Origin: Candidatus Zixiibacteriota bacterium
Lineage (GTDB): Bacteria > Zixibacteria > MSB-5A5 > WJJR01 > JAJRUJ01
NCBI GenBank assembly: GCA_024277855.1
Contig: JAJRUJ010000113.1
Coordinates: forward strand, 8,889-72,888
Direction of reading: 5' to 3'
Length of the DNA: 64,000 nt
A program made the position numbers and the translations under genes. A model generated the notes under the pieces. It did no database searches and had not been told where the DNA came from. It saw only the letters and a list, made by a program, of their open reading frames with translations. Below are positions 49,501 to 58,585 of the stretch, one piece after another. Numbering within the stretch: the stretch's first letter is position 1; each line of letters starts with the position of its first letter.

Positions 49501-49503
49501 CAC
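43540..49503 (-). CDS. Cytoplasmic sensor histidine kinase: GAF, about 12 PAS/PAC, HisKA-HATPase
   Basis: Repeated DITERK-type linkers; SHDLKTPL, NLLSNA, DNGPGI, GAGIGL. Confidence 0.95.
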   Translation of the reverse strand: MSEPSPQSSSSENNSSCGSDAQNPAGWICDVLWHVTRKIQSVASPDEVLSLIAEAIAEAGLYVRAVLTLHDDQGKIIAIGHHGIPDDIIAAARNGPRLSLEKRQAIFAAAVKVSESYFLPAEANVEFADEGRHVAVQPGGGNTGSWQSDDQLFVPIFNLSRDTVGYASVDTPVDGSRPDEATVRRLELFVHLAAEALERVSTKEKLVDTEERFQDLLANTEEVIYRVDFSRGKVEYVNPAIERLTGWTVEEMTSTPLDELVNELIHPDDIPLFYGNLQADSGPRDGRQKNRQYRVLHRDGSVRWVMVERVVTYDANRRPIAVEGTMHDVTEQKLAADALLESEEKFRTLSYNIPGMIYRGNPDWSTDFISNTEAICGYPPEEFLGEKRSWIDLVHPEDRDSVLNAAKELESIQKSIVQQYRIFTREKAVRWVEDHKTSRFDEQGNFLGIDGVLFDVTDRVLASEALRRSELRFRELADLLPQTVFELDLEANIVYTNRAGLEAFGYTQADVDAGVSAFDLFVEGDQRRLRENFQKIITSGESSDHEYTAIRSDGTQFPVLISSTSIIRDGRPVGARGLVIDLTERHEAAAQLRESEETARALLNAATESMILLDREGTILTLNETAAGRMGRSVDELVGKKIQEQLNDLYPPLAAKSRLENVEKALHSGKVLRCEESRGGDIYDAIYYPILDSDGQVVRLAIFALDITERVLGEEALEEAEERYRSLQSNLPVGVFRSTPEGEVIYMNPAMVQMYGYDSLEEMVRQPVTDLYCDPRDRITMLSLLSTHGSVENYVCKMRCKDGSTRWVSCSMQATKDDLGNIDYIDGIDIDITQQKIAEESVKQSERRYQELFDSLQEGIGIVDEHEVIEFCNPAFAKIFGIDDPESMMGTSLFSYVPEDQHALILAETAKSRKNEKLQYELDIVTPAGAHKNILASISPRFADNGDYLGAFSSVLDITELKTTEDELRESESRFRLLAEQNLLGILIMQDDRLQYANQAAAAIIGYSIDELLALSPRQVFVDLVHPDDREFVGGQARKKQDGEQADIITHYSYRIVPGGGKQKWIDQYSKTVEYRGRPANLITITDITERRLAEEELRKFKTISDRASYGMAIVDLDGNIQYLNSEFAGMHQYTPEELIGENLTVFHAPEQLGFVYALNTRLERDGFYVAEEVWHVRKNGEVFPTLMSATIITDDKGVPQFLSATAIEISELVQARKALEDREEQFRTFAENIAGVVFTYDEYPDGHRVPLYIGPGIEKIAGLATAKRIRNNLDDYFSLILAEDLQALQAASDAARASGELLDHEYRLRTDDGKTHWVRTIAKIVKQDGEIIRWQGQVLDITSQKEAELALRENEARYHNLFENSPAGIFRMNIDATAFLTVNPAGAAMVGRTIDEFLATPPDELWIDPTHRERLRKRLLREGSIADKEIALKLPDGTERIFLHSLKLYPEFGYVEGTAIDITERKQAETLLHESEERFRTIATAIPIPLAITGLQDGEILFANDQLCSTYGCSSEEVLKLNAKDLYHDVGNRQKFIEMLERGEPIRNHEILGKRSDGSSFWCLLSLDKVTFAGQPALLGALMDITERKKALDQLMESEQTARALLNSTPDSAFLLKTDGTILALNERGAAQLGGSIEELSGMNVFDFFPPEVAKSRRAYRDTIIETRQPIAFRDESGGRKFVSNIYPLFDADGVIDRFAVAVRDVTEREEMLEQLRRQGRDLDRANTELSELVQKLEVENLRASELAAQFQTKNRELELLVSTLSHDLKTPLISIRELIKKFMRLQEAVLDDKTRPLGERISANADIMLRLVEGLLDYSKIGDYLKRIDEIDLRPLLEDLWEQVDDRFAHRRAVFHCPGQSQTCRTTRIGLERVLLNLLSNAVAHVPPDRRPEVEVDWQVSPEFLTIAVADNGPGIPESKREDIFKLFHRAAGRRVEGAGIGLAVVKKIVDTLKGSVTVSAGDKGGAVFKVTLPIPESPSGQAQV

Positions 49504-49531
49504 AAATACTCACCCTTACAACAGCGCCCCT

Positions 49532-50056
49532 TCAGCAAATCGGTCCGGCGCCGGTGGTCGCCAACATACGACCGGCGCGACGGGCAATCAACCGAAAGCT
49601 GTTGGTCTTCCGCATTATTTCAACCGGGTAATCTCTGCTGATTCGCTGGCTCAAGGCCTTGCTGTAAAAGGAAGTCATCATCAGGACGGGAAGCCGGCGG
49701 CCCCGTCGGCAAATCTGATCAATAACCCATAGGCCGTCATGTTTGGGTAATCGGTAATCCAGGATGAGCAAATCGAAATCACTATTCTGGACTCGCCTGA
49801 GGCATTCTTCAGGAGTTTTTGCTATCTCGGTCACCACGCCGATATCTGTTTCGAGATAATCGACGATGGTCTCAATGTGGTCGGAATTGTCGTCGGTCAC
49901 CAAGACACGTTTCCCCTGATGGGGCGTTCGTGAGCTGATTACAGACAGATCCCCTCTGAGTATCCGATCAACGACCGCAGAGAATTTCTGCGGGGACAAC
50001 CCCTGCAACGAGAGGGGATGCCACCGTGTTTTGGGCGGATATCCGCTTTTGGCCAT
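49532..50056 (-). CDS. Single-domain response regulator with N-terminal extension
   Basis: VLVTDD, LILDYRLP..DG, MMTS. Confidence 0.8.
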   Translation of the reverse strand: MAKSGYPPKTRWHPLSLQGLSPQKFSAVVDRILRGDLSVISSRTPHQGKRVLVTDDNSDHIETIVDYLETDIGVVTEIAKTPEECLRRVQNSDFDLLILDYRLPKHDGLWVIDQICRRGRRLPVLMMTSFYSKALSQRISRDYPVEIMRKTNSFRLIARRAGRMLATTGAGPIC

Positions 50057-50411
50057 AACATCCTCCGGAATGTTAACTCAGCCAACTCGCGACCGATGAC
50101 AGGATTTACACCGCGCGATTGGGTAACCTTGAAGTACGCCCAATTGTAAATTTACTATGAATATTAAAGATTGGCAAGAATTATCCACCGCGCTACACGC
50201 ATAATCCTCACCCAACAGCAACGCGTTTTCATTACCCTTAAAGCGTAACATGCAGGAGGATAAATACTTTACCCGACTTGTCCACTCTCGTATGACGTCC
50301 TGATTGGCGGCAACAGGCGGCGGGAATTGATCAACCAAAAGCCAAAACAGGCAAGAGTCGACGGGCATCGCGCCTATTGACTTCTGTTGATGGCGGGTCT
50401 TTTTTTCAGTA

Positions 50412-51269
50412 ATGGGCAGACAAACGAAAATTAAAGGGATCGTGCTGGCCGGTGGTCTCGGCCGGCGACTGGGAAGCCTGACCAAAATCACGAACAAACA
50501 TCTATTGCCGGTCTGGGACCGCCCGATGGTGTATTATCCTTTGCAGGCGCTGGTCGAGGCGGGGATTGAAGAAATAGTCCTCGTCGTTGGCGGTCGCCAC
50601 GCGGGTGAATTCATCCGGCTGTTGGGTGACGGGAAGTTTTTGGGGATCAAACGGCTGGTCTACGCCTATCAGGAAGGTCAGGGAGGCATTGCCGACGCGC
50701 TCGGACGCGCCCGTGATTTTTGTGCCGGCCAACGCGTTTGCGTGGTTTTGGGCGACAATTTGTTCGAGCGAAGTCTGAGGCCATACGTGGCGAAATTCTC
50801 ACGACAGGCCTCCGGCGCCCGGCTGCTATTAAAGAAAGTGCCCGACCCGGGGAGGTTCGGCGTGCCGGAATTGTCCGGTGGACGAATCGTCCGGATTATT
50901 GAAAAACCCCGGAAACCGGCTTCGCCTTACGCCGTCACCGGGATCTACTTTTACGATTCCAATGTCTTCGATATCATCGATTCCCTGTCGCCGTCCAAAC
51001 GCGGCGAACTGGAGATCGCCGATGTTTCCAATGATTATATCAAACGGAATGAACTGGAGTATGACATCCTGCCGGGCTGGTGGACCGACGCCGGCACCAT
51101 TCCATCTTTGCACCGGGCCGGAGAGTTGGCGGCGCGCACCTGGAAGAAACAACGTGGGATTTTTACAAACTCTGCGCCGTTACTCACCGATAAACAATGG
51201 GTCCGATCCAGCAATCGCCGGCTGTTTACCCAAGCCCCCGGATACAAAAAGGGACCGAGGAAACCATGA
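50412..51269 (+). CDS. rmlA: Glucose-1-phosphate thymidylyltransferase (short type)
   Basis: GIVLAGG.G.RL..LT..NKHLLP, LGDN, RGELEI, WTDAGT. Confidence 0.88.
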   Translation: MGRQTKIKGIVLAGGLGRRLGSLTKITNKHLLPVWDRPMVYYPLQALVEAGIEEIVLVVGGRHAGEFIRLLGDGKFLGIKRLVYAYQEGQGGIADALGRARDFCAGQRVCVVLGDNLFERSLRPYVAKFSRQASGARLLLKKVPDPGRFGVPELSGGRIVRIIEKPRKPASPYAVTGIYFYDSNVFDIIDSLSPSKRGELEIADVSNDYIKRNELEYDILPGWWTDAGTIPSLHRAGELAARTWKKQRGIFTNSAPLLTDKQWVRSSNRRLFTQAPGYKKGPRKP

Positions 51270-51718
51270 TCGACGGCGTGCGTATTAAGGAACTTCTCGT
51301 ACACCCGGATGACCGGGGCCGGCTTTTCGAAATCTGGCGCGCTGATGACGATGGATTCTGCGGCTTTGGTCAGGTGTATGCGACTACCGCCTTCCCCGGG
51401 GTGATCAAGGCCTGGCATTTACACCGCAAGCAGACCGATTGTTTTACAGTCATCAATGGTCGGGCACTTTTTGGTCTCTTTGACGATCGCGCGGACTCCC
51501 CCACGTACGGTGAGATTCAGACGCTGGAGATCAGCAATACCCGGCGCCGGGCGATCCTGATCCCGCCGGGAATTTACCATGGCTTTAAAAACATCGGCGA
51601 TGCCGAACTCTGGTGTCTTAATTGTCCAAACCGGCCGTACGATGCGGCCAACCCGGACGAATACCGCCGCGATCCCTTTGATACCTCAATCGGATTCGAC
51701 TGGGAAATACGAGAATGA
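51266..51718 (+). CDS. rmlC: dTDP-4-dehydrorhamnose 3,5-epimerase
   Basis: DDRG, IKAWHLH, IPPGIYHG; ATGA overlap. Confidence 0.88.
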   Translation: MIDGVRIKELLVHPDDRGRLFEIWRADDDGFCGFGQVYATTAFPGVIKAWHLHRKQTDCFTVINGRALFGLFDDRADSPTYGEIQTLEISNTRRRAILIPPGIYHGFKNIGDAELWCLNCPNRPYDAANPDEYRRDPFDTSIGFDWEIRE

Positions 51719-52737
51719 AACACCTCCTTGTCACCGGCGGTTTGGGGTTTCTCGGGTCAAATTTCCTGCGCTGGTATCACCGGCGGCATCGGCGGGTCAA
51801 ACTGACCAACATCGATTGCCTCACCTACGCCGCGGGAATAGATAACCTGGGCAATCTGCGCTCATCGCCCGAATACGAGGAACACCGGGTCGACATTACA
51901 AACGGACGGCGACTCCGGAGCGTCTGGCCCGATGATCCGGTTACCGTGGTCCATTTCGCCGCCGAAACCCATGTCGACCGGTCACTGCAGGACGCTCAGC
52001 CATTCGTGCGCACAAACATCCTGGGGATGCAAAATATCCTGGAGATGGCCCGTCGAAACCCCGTGCGCCGAGTGATTATTATTTCAACCGATGAGGTCTA
52101 TGGCGCCACTCCGGCCCGCGGCAAATTTCGCGAAGATCAACCCCTCGCGCCGACCAATCCGTATGCCGCCTCCAAAGCCGGGGGTGACTTGCTGGCCCTC
52201 GCGTATCGGCAGACATATAATCTGCCGATTAACATCCTGCGCTCGGTTAATGTCTACGGTCCTCGGCAATATCCGGAAAAATTCATCCCGTTATTCATTA
52301 CCAATGCGCTCAATGGCCGGGAGCTGCCGCTTTACGGCGACGGCAATCAACAACGGGACTGGTTGTGGGTTGAAGATTTCTGCGAGGCGGTCCGCCGACT
52401 GGTCAATGCCCCGCAACCGGAACATCCGATTTATAATATCAGTGCGGGGAATCAACAAAGAAATCGTGATGTCGCCAAAACCATCATGCGCCTGACTGAT
52501 TGCTCACCAGGCCAACTCCGTCCCGTCGCCGACCGTCCCGGGCATGATCGTCGCTATGCGTTGAACGACAGACACTTTCGCAAAGAATTCTCCTGGCGCC
52601 CAAAGACACCCTGGCCCGACGGGATCAGGAAGGTGACGGCCTGGTATCGAGCCAATGCCGCCTGGGTGAAAAAACGTCAGCGGCAATCATATCGTAGTTA
52701 TTATCGTAAGCAGTACCACTGGAGGTTCGATGAATAG
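51715..52737 (+). CDS. rmlB: dTDP-glucose 4,6-dehydratase
   Basis: TGGLGFLG, HFAAETHVDRS, STDEVYG, YAASK, DRPGHDRRY. Confidence 0.93.
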   Translation: MKHLLVTGGLGFLGSNFLRWYHRRHRRVKLTNIDCLTYAAGIDNLGNLRSSPEYEEHRVDITNGRRLRSVWPDDPVTVVHFAAETHVDRSLQDAQPFVRTNILGMQNILEMARRNPVRRVIIISTDEVYGATPARGKFREDQPLAPTNPYAASKAGGDLLALAYRQTYNLPINILRSVNVYGPRQYPEKFIPLFITNALNGRELPLYGDGNQQRDWLWVEDFCEAVRRLVNAPQPEHPIYNISAGNQQRNRDVAKTIMRLTDCSPGQLRPVADRPGHDRRYALNDRHFRKEFSWRPKTPWPDGIRKVTAWYRANAAWVKKRQRQSYRSYYRKQYHWRFDE

Positions 52738-53629
52738 ACCGACTCTTGTTTTCGGCGCGACCGGACTGTTGGGCAGACACCTGATCCAACTCCTGCACCG
52801 CAAGGGGAAATTCCCGGTCGCGGTGGTACACAATCGCAAGGCAGCATTTCCTCCCGGCGTCCCCACTTTTAAGGCCGCCATCGCCGATGCGGAAAACGTC
52901 CGCAAAACTATCGCCCGCTTTCGACCGGAAGTCATCATCAACTGTGCCGCTTACACCGATGTCGACGGCTGTGAACGCGATCCGGACCGGGCAAGGCGAG
53001 TGAACACGGTCGGGGTGGAGAACATTGTCAAGGCCGCGACTGAACTTAACACGCGCCTGATTCAGATTTCCACGGACTATGTTTTTGACGGCGCCTCAGG
53101 CCCCTATGACGAAACCGCCCGGCCTCATCCAATCAACATCTATGGGAAAACAAAGCACGACGCCGAAACGGTTGTCCGCAATGCCGATATCAGCGCACTA
53201 ATCATCCGGGCGGCAAGTTTCATCGGAGCGGGAACCGAAAAACACCCCTGTTTCGTGGAGAAGATGATCTCGGCCCTGCGCTCGGGCACAACACTTCAGG
53301 CGCCGATCGACCAGATTGCCACCGTCGCCGACGTTCCCACGCTCGCCGAGTGCATCCTGGCGGCAGACAAACAGGATATCACGGGGCTACTGCATCTGGG
53401 CACGTCGGGGCCGATCTCCCGCTATGATTTGGCGGTTCTGGCCGCTGAAGTGTTCGGCCTTGACGAGTCATTGGTTGAGCCGGTCATGTATACCGACACC
53501 AAAAGGACAGCCGACCGGCCCTTGCAGGGCGGGTTGATCGTAAATCGAGCCGAGGGTTTGCTTGGGCGGGTGTTTCCCACCAACCGGGCGACATTGGAGA
53601 GACTGCGCGAAATCACCGTCGGAGTATAA
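52730..53629 (+). CDS. rmlD: dTDP-4-dehydrorhamnose reductase
   Basis: GATGLLG, NCAAYTDVD, STDYVFDG, YGKTK. Confidence 0.9.
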   Translation: MNRPTLVFGATGLLGRHLIQLLHRKGKFPVAVVHNRKAAFPPGVPTFKAAIADAENVRKTIARFRPEVIINCAAYTDVDGCERDPDRARRVNTVGVENIVKAATELNTRLIQISTDYVFDGASGPYDETARPHPINIYGKTKHDAETVVRNADISALIIRAASFIGAGTEKHPCFVEKMISALRSGTTLQAPIDQIATVADVPTLAECILAADKQDITGLLHLGTSGPISRYDLAVLAAEVFGLDESLVEPVMYTDTKRTADRPLQGGLIVNRAEGLLGRVFPTNRATLERLREITVGV

Positions 53630-53680
53630 AACCCTGCGGTGGTCCCGAGACACACGACCGGGTCGGTAACGGACACCGAT

Positions 53681-54826
53681 ATGGATTATCTCGAACAGCC
53701 ATTTTGGTTTAAGGTTAAAAAAGTCCTGCGCTATGCCTCCCTTTATGGCGTCAATCGAACCTATTACAAAACACTCGGTCAACTGCACCTGCGACGAACC
53801 TACCGAACACTCCCCACCCAAAACACCAAACCGGACACTCGCCAATGGATCGGCCTGATCGGGTGCGGGAATTACGCCTATACGACAATCGCCTATTACC
53901 TGAATAAAGTATCTGGCCGCGCCATTGCCGCTTGCATGGACATCGACATCAACCGCGCGGCTTCGCTGGCCCAACGCTATCGTATTCCATGTTTTACCAC
54001 AGATGCCGAAGAAATTATCAACGCCGATAATATCCGCCTGATCTATATCGCATCAAATCATGCGACCCATGCTGAATATGCCATCGCCGCGTTGCAACGG
54101 GGCAAGAATGTCTACATCGAAAAACCGCATGTCGTGACAATGGATCAACTGCGTAGACTAAACGAGGCGGCAACCACGGCGGAAGGCCGGATATTTCTCG
54201 GATTCAATCGTCCGGGCAGCCGCTTTGGTCAAATTATCCAAGCGCACCTCAATGTTGAAAGCGGACCGGGGATGTACAACTGGTTCGTCGCCGGACATGA
54301 CATCGACCCCGGCCATTGGTATTTCCACCCGGCAGAAGGCGGCCGGGTCCTGGGGAACCTCTGCCACTGGACTGACTTCGTCCTGCGATTGGCGGGAAAC
54401 AATGCATTTCCAATTCGGATTAATCCAACACGCGCCAAGTCGAGTGATTCCGACATTGCGGTCACCTTCACGTTTGGCGACGGCACGATTGCGGCAATTA
54501 CTTTTTCGGCTAAAGGCCACACCTTTGAGGGAGTAAAGGAGAGTTTTCACGCTCACCGCGGCAATTGTCTCCTGAGCATGAAGGATTTCAAAACGCTGCA
54601 AATCGAAATCGGCGACAGTAAAAAACGATTCCACAATTTCTACCGCGATCATGGACACCGCCGAAACATCGTCTCTGCCGCAAACAACGTCATGGCCGGC
54701 GACCCTTATGACCGCAACGCAGAGATAACTCATCTGGCCAATACCGGATTATTATTTCTCAAGACCAAAGAGGCCCTTGACGGTAATAAAGAAATCATGA
54801 TCAAACCGTTCGGCGAAAATGAATAG
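53681..54826 (+). CDS. Gfo/Idh/MocA oxidoreductase
   Basis: IGLIGCGNY, YIEKP, GFNR. Confidence 0.85.
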   Translation: MDYLEQPFWFKVKKVLRYASLYGVNRTYYKTLGQLHLRRTYRTLPTQNTKPDTRQWIGLIGCGNYAYTTIAYYLNKVSGRAIAACMDIDINRAASLAQRYRIPCFTTDAEEIINADNIRLIYIASNHATHAEYAIAALQRGKNVYIEKPHVVTMDQLRRLNEAATTAEGRIFLGFNRPGSRFGQIIQAHLNVESGPGMYNWFVAGHDIDPGHWYFHPAEGGRVLGNLCHWTDFVLRLAGNNAFPIRINPTRAKSSDSDIAVTFTFGDGTIAAITFSAKGHTFEGVKESFHAHRGNCLLSMKDFKTLQIEIGDSKKRFHNFYRDHGHRRNIVSAANNVMAGDPYDRNAEITHLANTGLLFLKTKEALDGNKEIMIKPFGENE

Positions 54827-55130
54827 GATTTGACCACGCCGTCGCTTGAATAAAAATCGATCTGATGATAATTCTGCTGATATGCCGTTTTCGATTACTA
54901 TCTTAACCGCAGAGAAAAATATTCCCCTCGCAGGGACGATCTTTCCGGAATTGCGAAATCCCAGGTGAGACCGGCCAACAACACACCACTCAAAACCTGC
55001 CGTCCCCCAACACCTTCCACAAATCTCCATGCCCTCAACGCCGGCAGGCACTCCGCTTGCTAAATGATGGCTGTCGATTATGGCGACCGGCATGGACGCC
55101 GGTCTGAGGGGCCATGGGAAGGACAGACCG

Positions 55131-57401
55131 ATGGGAAGACGGTTGTGGCTGTTGTTGCTCGTTGCACTAATCATCATCCTCTATTGTATCTCGTGGAGAC
55201 CGGCATATTGCCAGTTGCCCGACACGGTGGAAATCCACGATTCGCCGGAGAATTACGTCCCCCCTCACGCTGCAGAAAACACCGCGCAGCGGGAGACAGA
55301 AACAACGCGTCAAATACCACGGCCACAGGCAGAGAACCTGCGGCCGTTTGGTTATGAAATATTCAGCGAGAATGCTCCGAGCTTCGACGCGGTCAATCAA
55401 TCGATCGCTCCCGATGATTATCGACTGGGCGCTGGCGACCAATTGCTCTTAAACACCTGGGGCCGGGTCGACCTGAATATCGAACTGATCGTTGATCGCG
55501 AAGGAAAAGTGTCAATCCCACGCGCCGGCGAGGTGACTGTCCACGGACAGACATTGTCCGAAGCCAAAGACCGGATCCGTCGAAAACTCCAGACAATATA
55601 TTCTGATTTTGAGCTTAGTCTCTTCCTGGGCCGCCTGCGCTCAATGACCGTATTCGCCGTGGGTGAGGTCCGCCGTCCCGGCGCCTATACCGTCAGCTCG
55701 CTGACCACCGTCTTTAATGCGCTGTACCAGGCCGGTGGACCGAATGAGCGCGGTTCGCTCCGGCAGGTTCGGCTAATGCGCGGCAACCGCCAGGTCGAGG
55801 AAATCGATTTTTATGATCTGATGCTCAGTGGTCGGCGCGGGTCCGATCCCCGGTTGCAACCCGGCGATATTATTTTTGTTCCGGTAGTCGGCCCTCGGGT
55901 AGCAGTCCGAGGCGAAATTAAACGCCCGGCTATTTATGAACTGAGAAATAACGAACGGTTGACCGACCTGTTTGCCCTGGCCGGCGGTCCGACCGCCGAG
56001 GCCTATCTCGCTCGCGTGATGATCGACCGGGTTGCAGAGCACGACGGCCGCCTCCTGTTGGATGTGGATTATACTGCGGCGCTCACTGATAAATCGACTG
56101 ATGTCATCCTCGCCGACGGCGACGATGTTTCTGTCTTTTCCATTTTCGATTCCCGGCCAAACACTGTCTGGCTGGAAGGGGCGGTCCGTCGGCCGGGCGC
56201 CTTTGAACGGACACCGGGCATGACCGTTTATGACTTAATTGACGGCGGCGACCGCCTGACCGGTGAGGCCTTTGTCGGGCGGGCCGACCTCGAACGCTCC
56301 GACGACGACGGAACGATTGAATTAATCCCGGTGGCCATCGGCGATCTGTGTGACGGTGAGGGCGAGTTGGACTTCACCCTGCAGGACGGTGATCGGTTGA
56401 TCGTCTATGACCGCGAACGCGTCCTGCGCAAATCGAAAGTACAAATCGACGGCCTGGTTGAACAACCAGGCGAGTATGACCTCCTTCGCTCGATGCGCCT
56501 GTCCGACCTGATCTTCCGGGCGGGAGGTCTCGGCAAAAACGCTTTCCTTGCTCGAGCGGAGATTGCCCGGAGGCATCCGGATGGGTCGCGTAAAATCCTG
56601 ACGGTTGATCTGGGGGACATTCTCATCCGCCATGACCTCGAAGAAGATATTATTCTCCGCGAAGACGATCACGTCTTCATTCGCGAAAACCCCGAAAGTC
56701 TCGGCTTCCCGATGGTCACGCTTGAATGGGCGGTGCTTTTCCCCGGGCGGTTTGCTCTACTCGAACCGACCGACGGCCTGTACGAATTGATTGATCGCGC
56801 CGGCGGACTGACCCCGCGCGCTTTCCCGCAAGGGACTCTTTTCATCAGGCAGAAAATATCCGATGACCTCAAACGACAAAACCTGAGCCAGGTACTGGCC
56901 CATTCCGAACCCATCGTACAGGATTCGAGCGGTTCTTTCATTCGGCAGCAACTATTACGGTTCGACCCCGAAGAGATGACCCGAATTGTCCTTGATGTGC
57001 CTTCAATTTTGAGCAACCAGGGCGGTGAAGAAGATATCATCCTGCAGGACGGTGACCATATCTTTGTCCCCGAGGTCCCCTCCGGTATCCAGCTGATGGG
57101 CGCCATTGCCTCTCCCGGAACAATCAAATACCACTCGAATTGGAAGGTCGGTCGTTACCTTGAGGAGGCCGGTGGCGTGACTTCGGCGGCAAACAAAAAA
57201 GAGATGCGGCTGATCCGCGCCAACGGACGGGTCATCTCGGGGGAAAATATCCTCGGCCGCAAGGCGAAACTCGGCGACGCCATTTTTGTCGCTTCCCGAA
57301 TTAAAAAAGAAAAAAACTGGCTGCCCTATCTCACCGGCACCGCCTCGGTCCTGGCGTCAGTGGCAACAACCTGGCTGTTAATCGACCGGATCGGAGAGTG
57401 A
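55131..57401 (+). CDS. Polysaccharide export protein with multiple SLBB domains (Wza/KpsD-like)
   Basis: LRPFGYEIF, YRLGAGD, GEVRRPG, repeated L.DGD; start uncertain (55080-55131). Confidence 0.9.
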   Translation: MGRRLWLLLLVALIIILYCISWRPAYCQLPDTVEIHDSPENYVPPHAAENTAQRETETTRQIPRPQAENLRPFGYEIFSENAPSFDAVNQSIAPDDYRLGAGDQLLLNTWGRVDLNIELIVDREGKVSIPRAGEVTVHGQTLSEAKDRIRRKLQTIYSDFELSLFLGRLRSMTVFAVGEVRRPGAYTVSSLTTVFNALYQAGGPNERGSLRQVRLMRGNRQVEEIDFYDLMLSGRRGSDPRLQPGDIIFVPVVGPRVAVRGEIKRPAIYELRNNERLTDLFALAGGPTAEAYLARVMIDRVAEHDGRLLLDVDYTAALTDKSTDVILADGDDVSVFSIFDSRPNTVWLEGAVRRPGAFERTPGMTVYDLIDGGDRLTGEAFVGRADLERSDDDGTIELIPVAIGDLCDGEGELDFTLQDGDRLIVYDRERVLRKSKVQIDGLVEQPGEYDLLRSMRLSDLIFRAGGLGKNAFLARAEIARRHPDGSRKILTVDLGDILIRHDLEEDIILREDDHVFIRENPESLGFPMVTLEWAVLFPGRFALLEPTDGLYELIDRAGGLTPRAFPQGTLFIRQKISDDLKRQNLSQVLAHSEPIVQDSSGSFIRQQLLRFDPEEMTRIVLDVPSILSNQGGEEDIILQDGDHIFVPEVPSGIQLMGAIASPGTIKYHSNWKVGRYLEEAGGVTSAANKKEMRLIRANGRVISGENILGRKAKLGDAIFVASRIKKEKNWLPYLTGTASVLASVATTWLLIDRIGE

Positions 57402-58585
57402 GGATGGGCCGCCGTCGTCAAATCATCCTGGTCGCGGGTGCGCGTCCAAATTTCATGAAGATTGCCCCGATCCACCGGGCCTTAATGCGTGACCGGTCAT
57501 TCTTCGATGTGCGCATTGTCCATACCGGACAACATTATGACTATCAGTTGTCAAAAGTATTTTTTGACGAACTCAACCTCGCTGAACCGGATGTCTGTTT
57601 GGCGATCGGGTCGGACACCCAGGGCAGGCAAGTTGCGCGGACGATCATTGCCTTTGAGGATTACCTGCTGGCGCGCACCCCGGATCTGGTGCTGGTTGTC
57701 GGCGATGTCAACTCGACTATCGCCGCCGCCTTGACCGCCGCAAAACTCAACATCCCGGTGGCTCATGTCGAGGCCGGCCTGCGTTCATTCGACCGCCGCA
57801 TGCCCGAAGAAATTAACCGCATCGTGACTGATAGCATCTCCGAGATTCTCTATGCCCCCAGTATGGATGCGGTTGAAAATTTGCGCGCGGAAGGTGTCCC
57901 GGACAACAAAATCCACTTTGTTGGGAATGTAATGATCGACACCCTCAAGGGAGCCCTCCCGCGAATCGCCAATACCGAAATAATCAATCATCTTGGATTG
58001 ACATCCGGAGAATATCTCCTGTTGACCCTTCACCGTCCCGAGAATGTCGATTCGCCCCGGACGATTGATTTGGTTGCTGAATTGATCGAGCGGATTACCC
58101 GGAACCACACCCTGGTCTTCCCGCTTCATCCGCGTACGGCAGGACATTTGTCGTCGCTGCTGTCGAGAGACCGTTGGAGCAGGATTTCGGCCAATGCAAA
58201 CCTCCGCCTGATTGATCCGGTGGGCTATCTCGATTGTCTCTCACTGCAAAAAAACGCCCGCATCGTGCTGACCGATTCCGGCGGCATCCAGGAGGAAACC
58301 ACGGCTCTCGGCGTGCCGTGTTTGACTCTCCGGGAAAATACCGAACGGCCGGTCACCGTCGAGCTGGGCACCAATCAGGTCGTGGGGCTTAAACCCGAAC
58401 TTATCGACGAATTGATTAACCGGAATGACCTCCTCAATACGCAGCATGCGCTTCCGCCCCGCTGGGATGGACGGGCGGCAGATCGTATCGTGGAGCACCT
58501 TGCCGGTTATTTTGATTTCCCCAATTCCGACAGCGCCGGTCGTGACCTTCCGAAAAAGAAGCTGATGACGGCACCCACATCATGA
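57398..58585 (+). CDS. wecB: UDP-N-acetylglucosamine 2-epimerase (non-hydrolysing)
   Basis: GARPNFMKIAP, HTGQHYD, HVEAGLRS, TDSGGIQEE. Confidence 0.95.
   Translation: MRMGRRRQIILVAGARPNFMKIAPIHRALMRDRSFFDVRIVHTGQHYDYQLSKVFFDELNLAEPDVCLAIGSDTQGRQVARTIIAFEDYLLARTPDLVLVVGDVNSTIAAALTAAKLNIPVAHVEAGLRSFDRRMPEEINRIVTDSISEILYAPSMDAVENLRAEGVPDNKIHFVGNVMIDTLKGALPRIANTEIINHLGLTSGEYLLLTLHRPENVDSPRTIDLVAELIERITRNHTLVFPLHPRTAGHLSSLLSRDRWSRISANANLRLIDPVGYLDCLSLQKNARIVLTDSGGIQEETTALGVPCLTLRENTERPVTVELGTNQVVGLKPELIDELINRNDLLNTQHALPPRWDGRAADRIVEHLAGYFDFPNSDSAGRDLPKKKLMTAPTS

Noticed and set aside
54827..55130. Riboswitch or JUMPstart element before the export gene
   Set aside because: No ops (GGCGGTAG) or c-di-GMP riboswitch consensus seen
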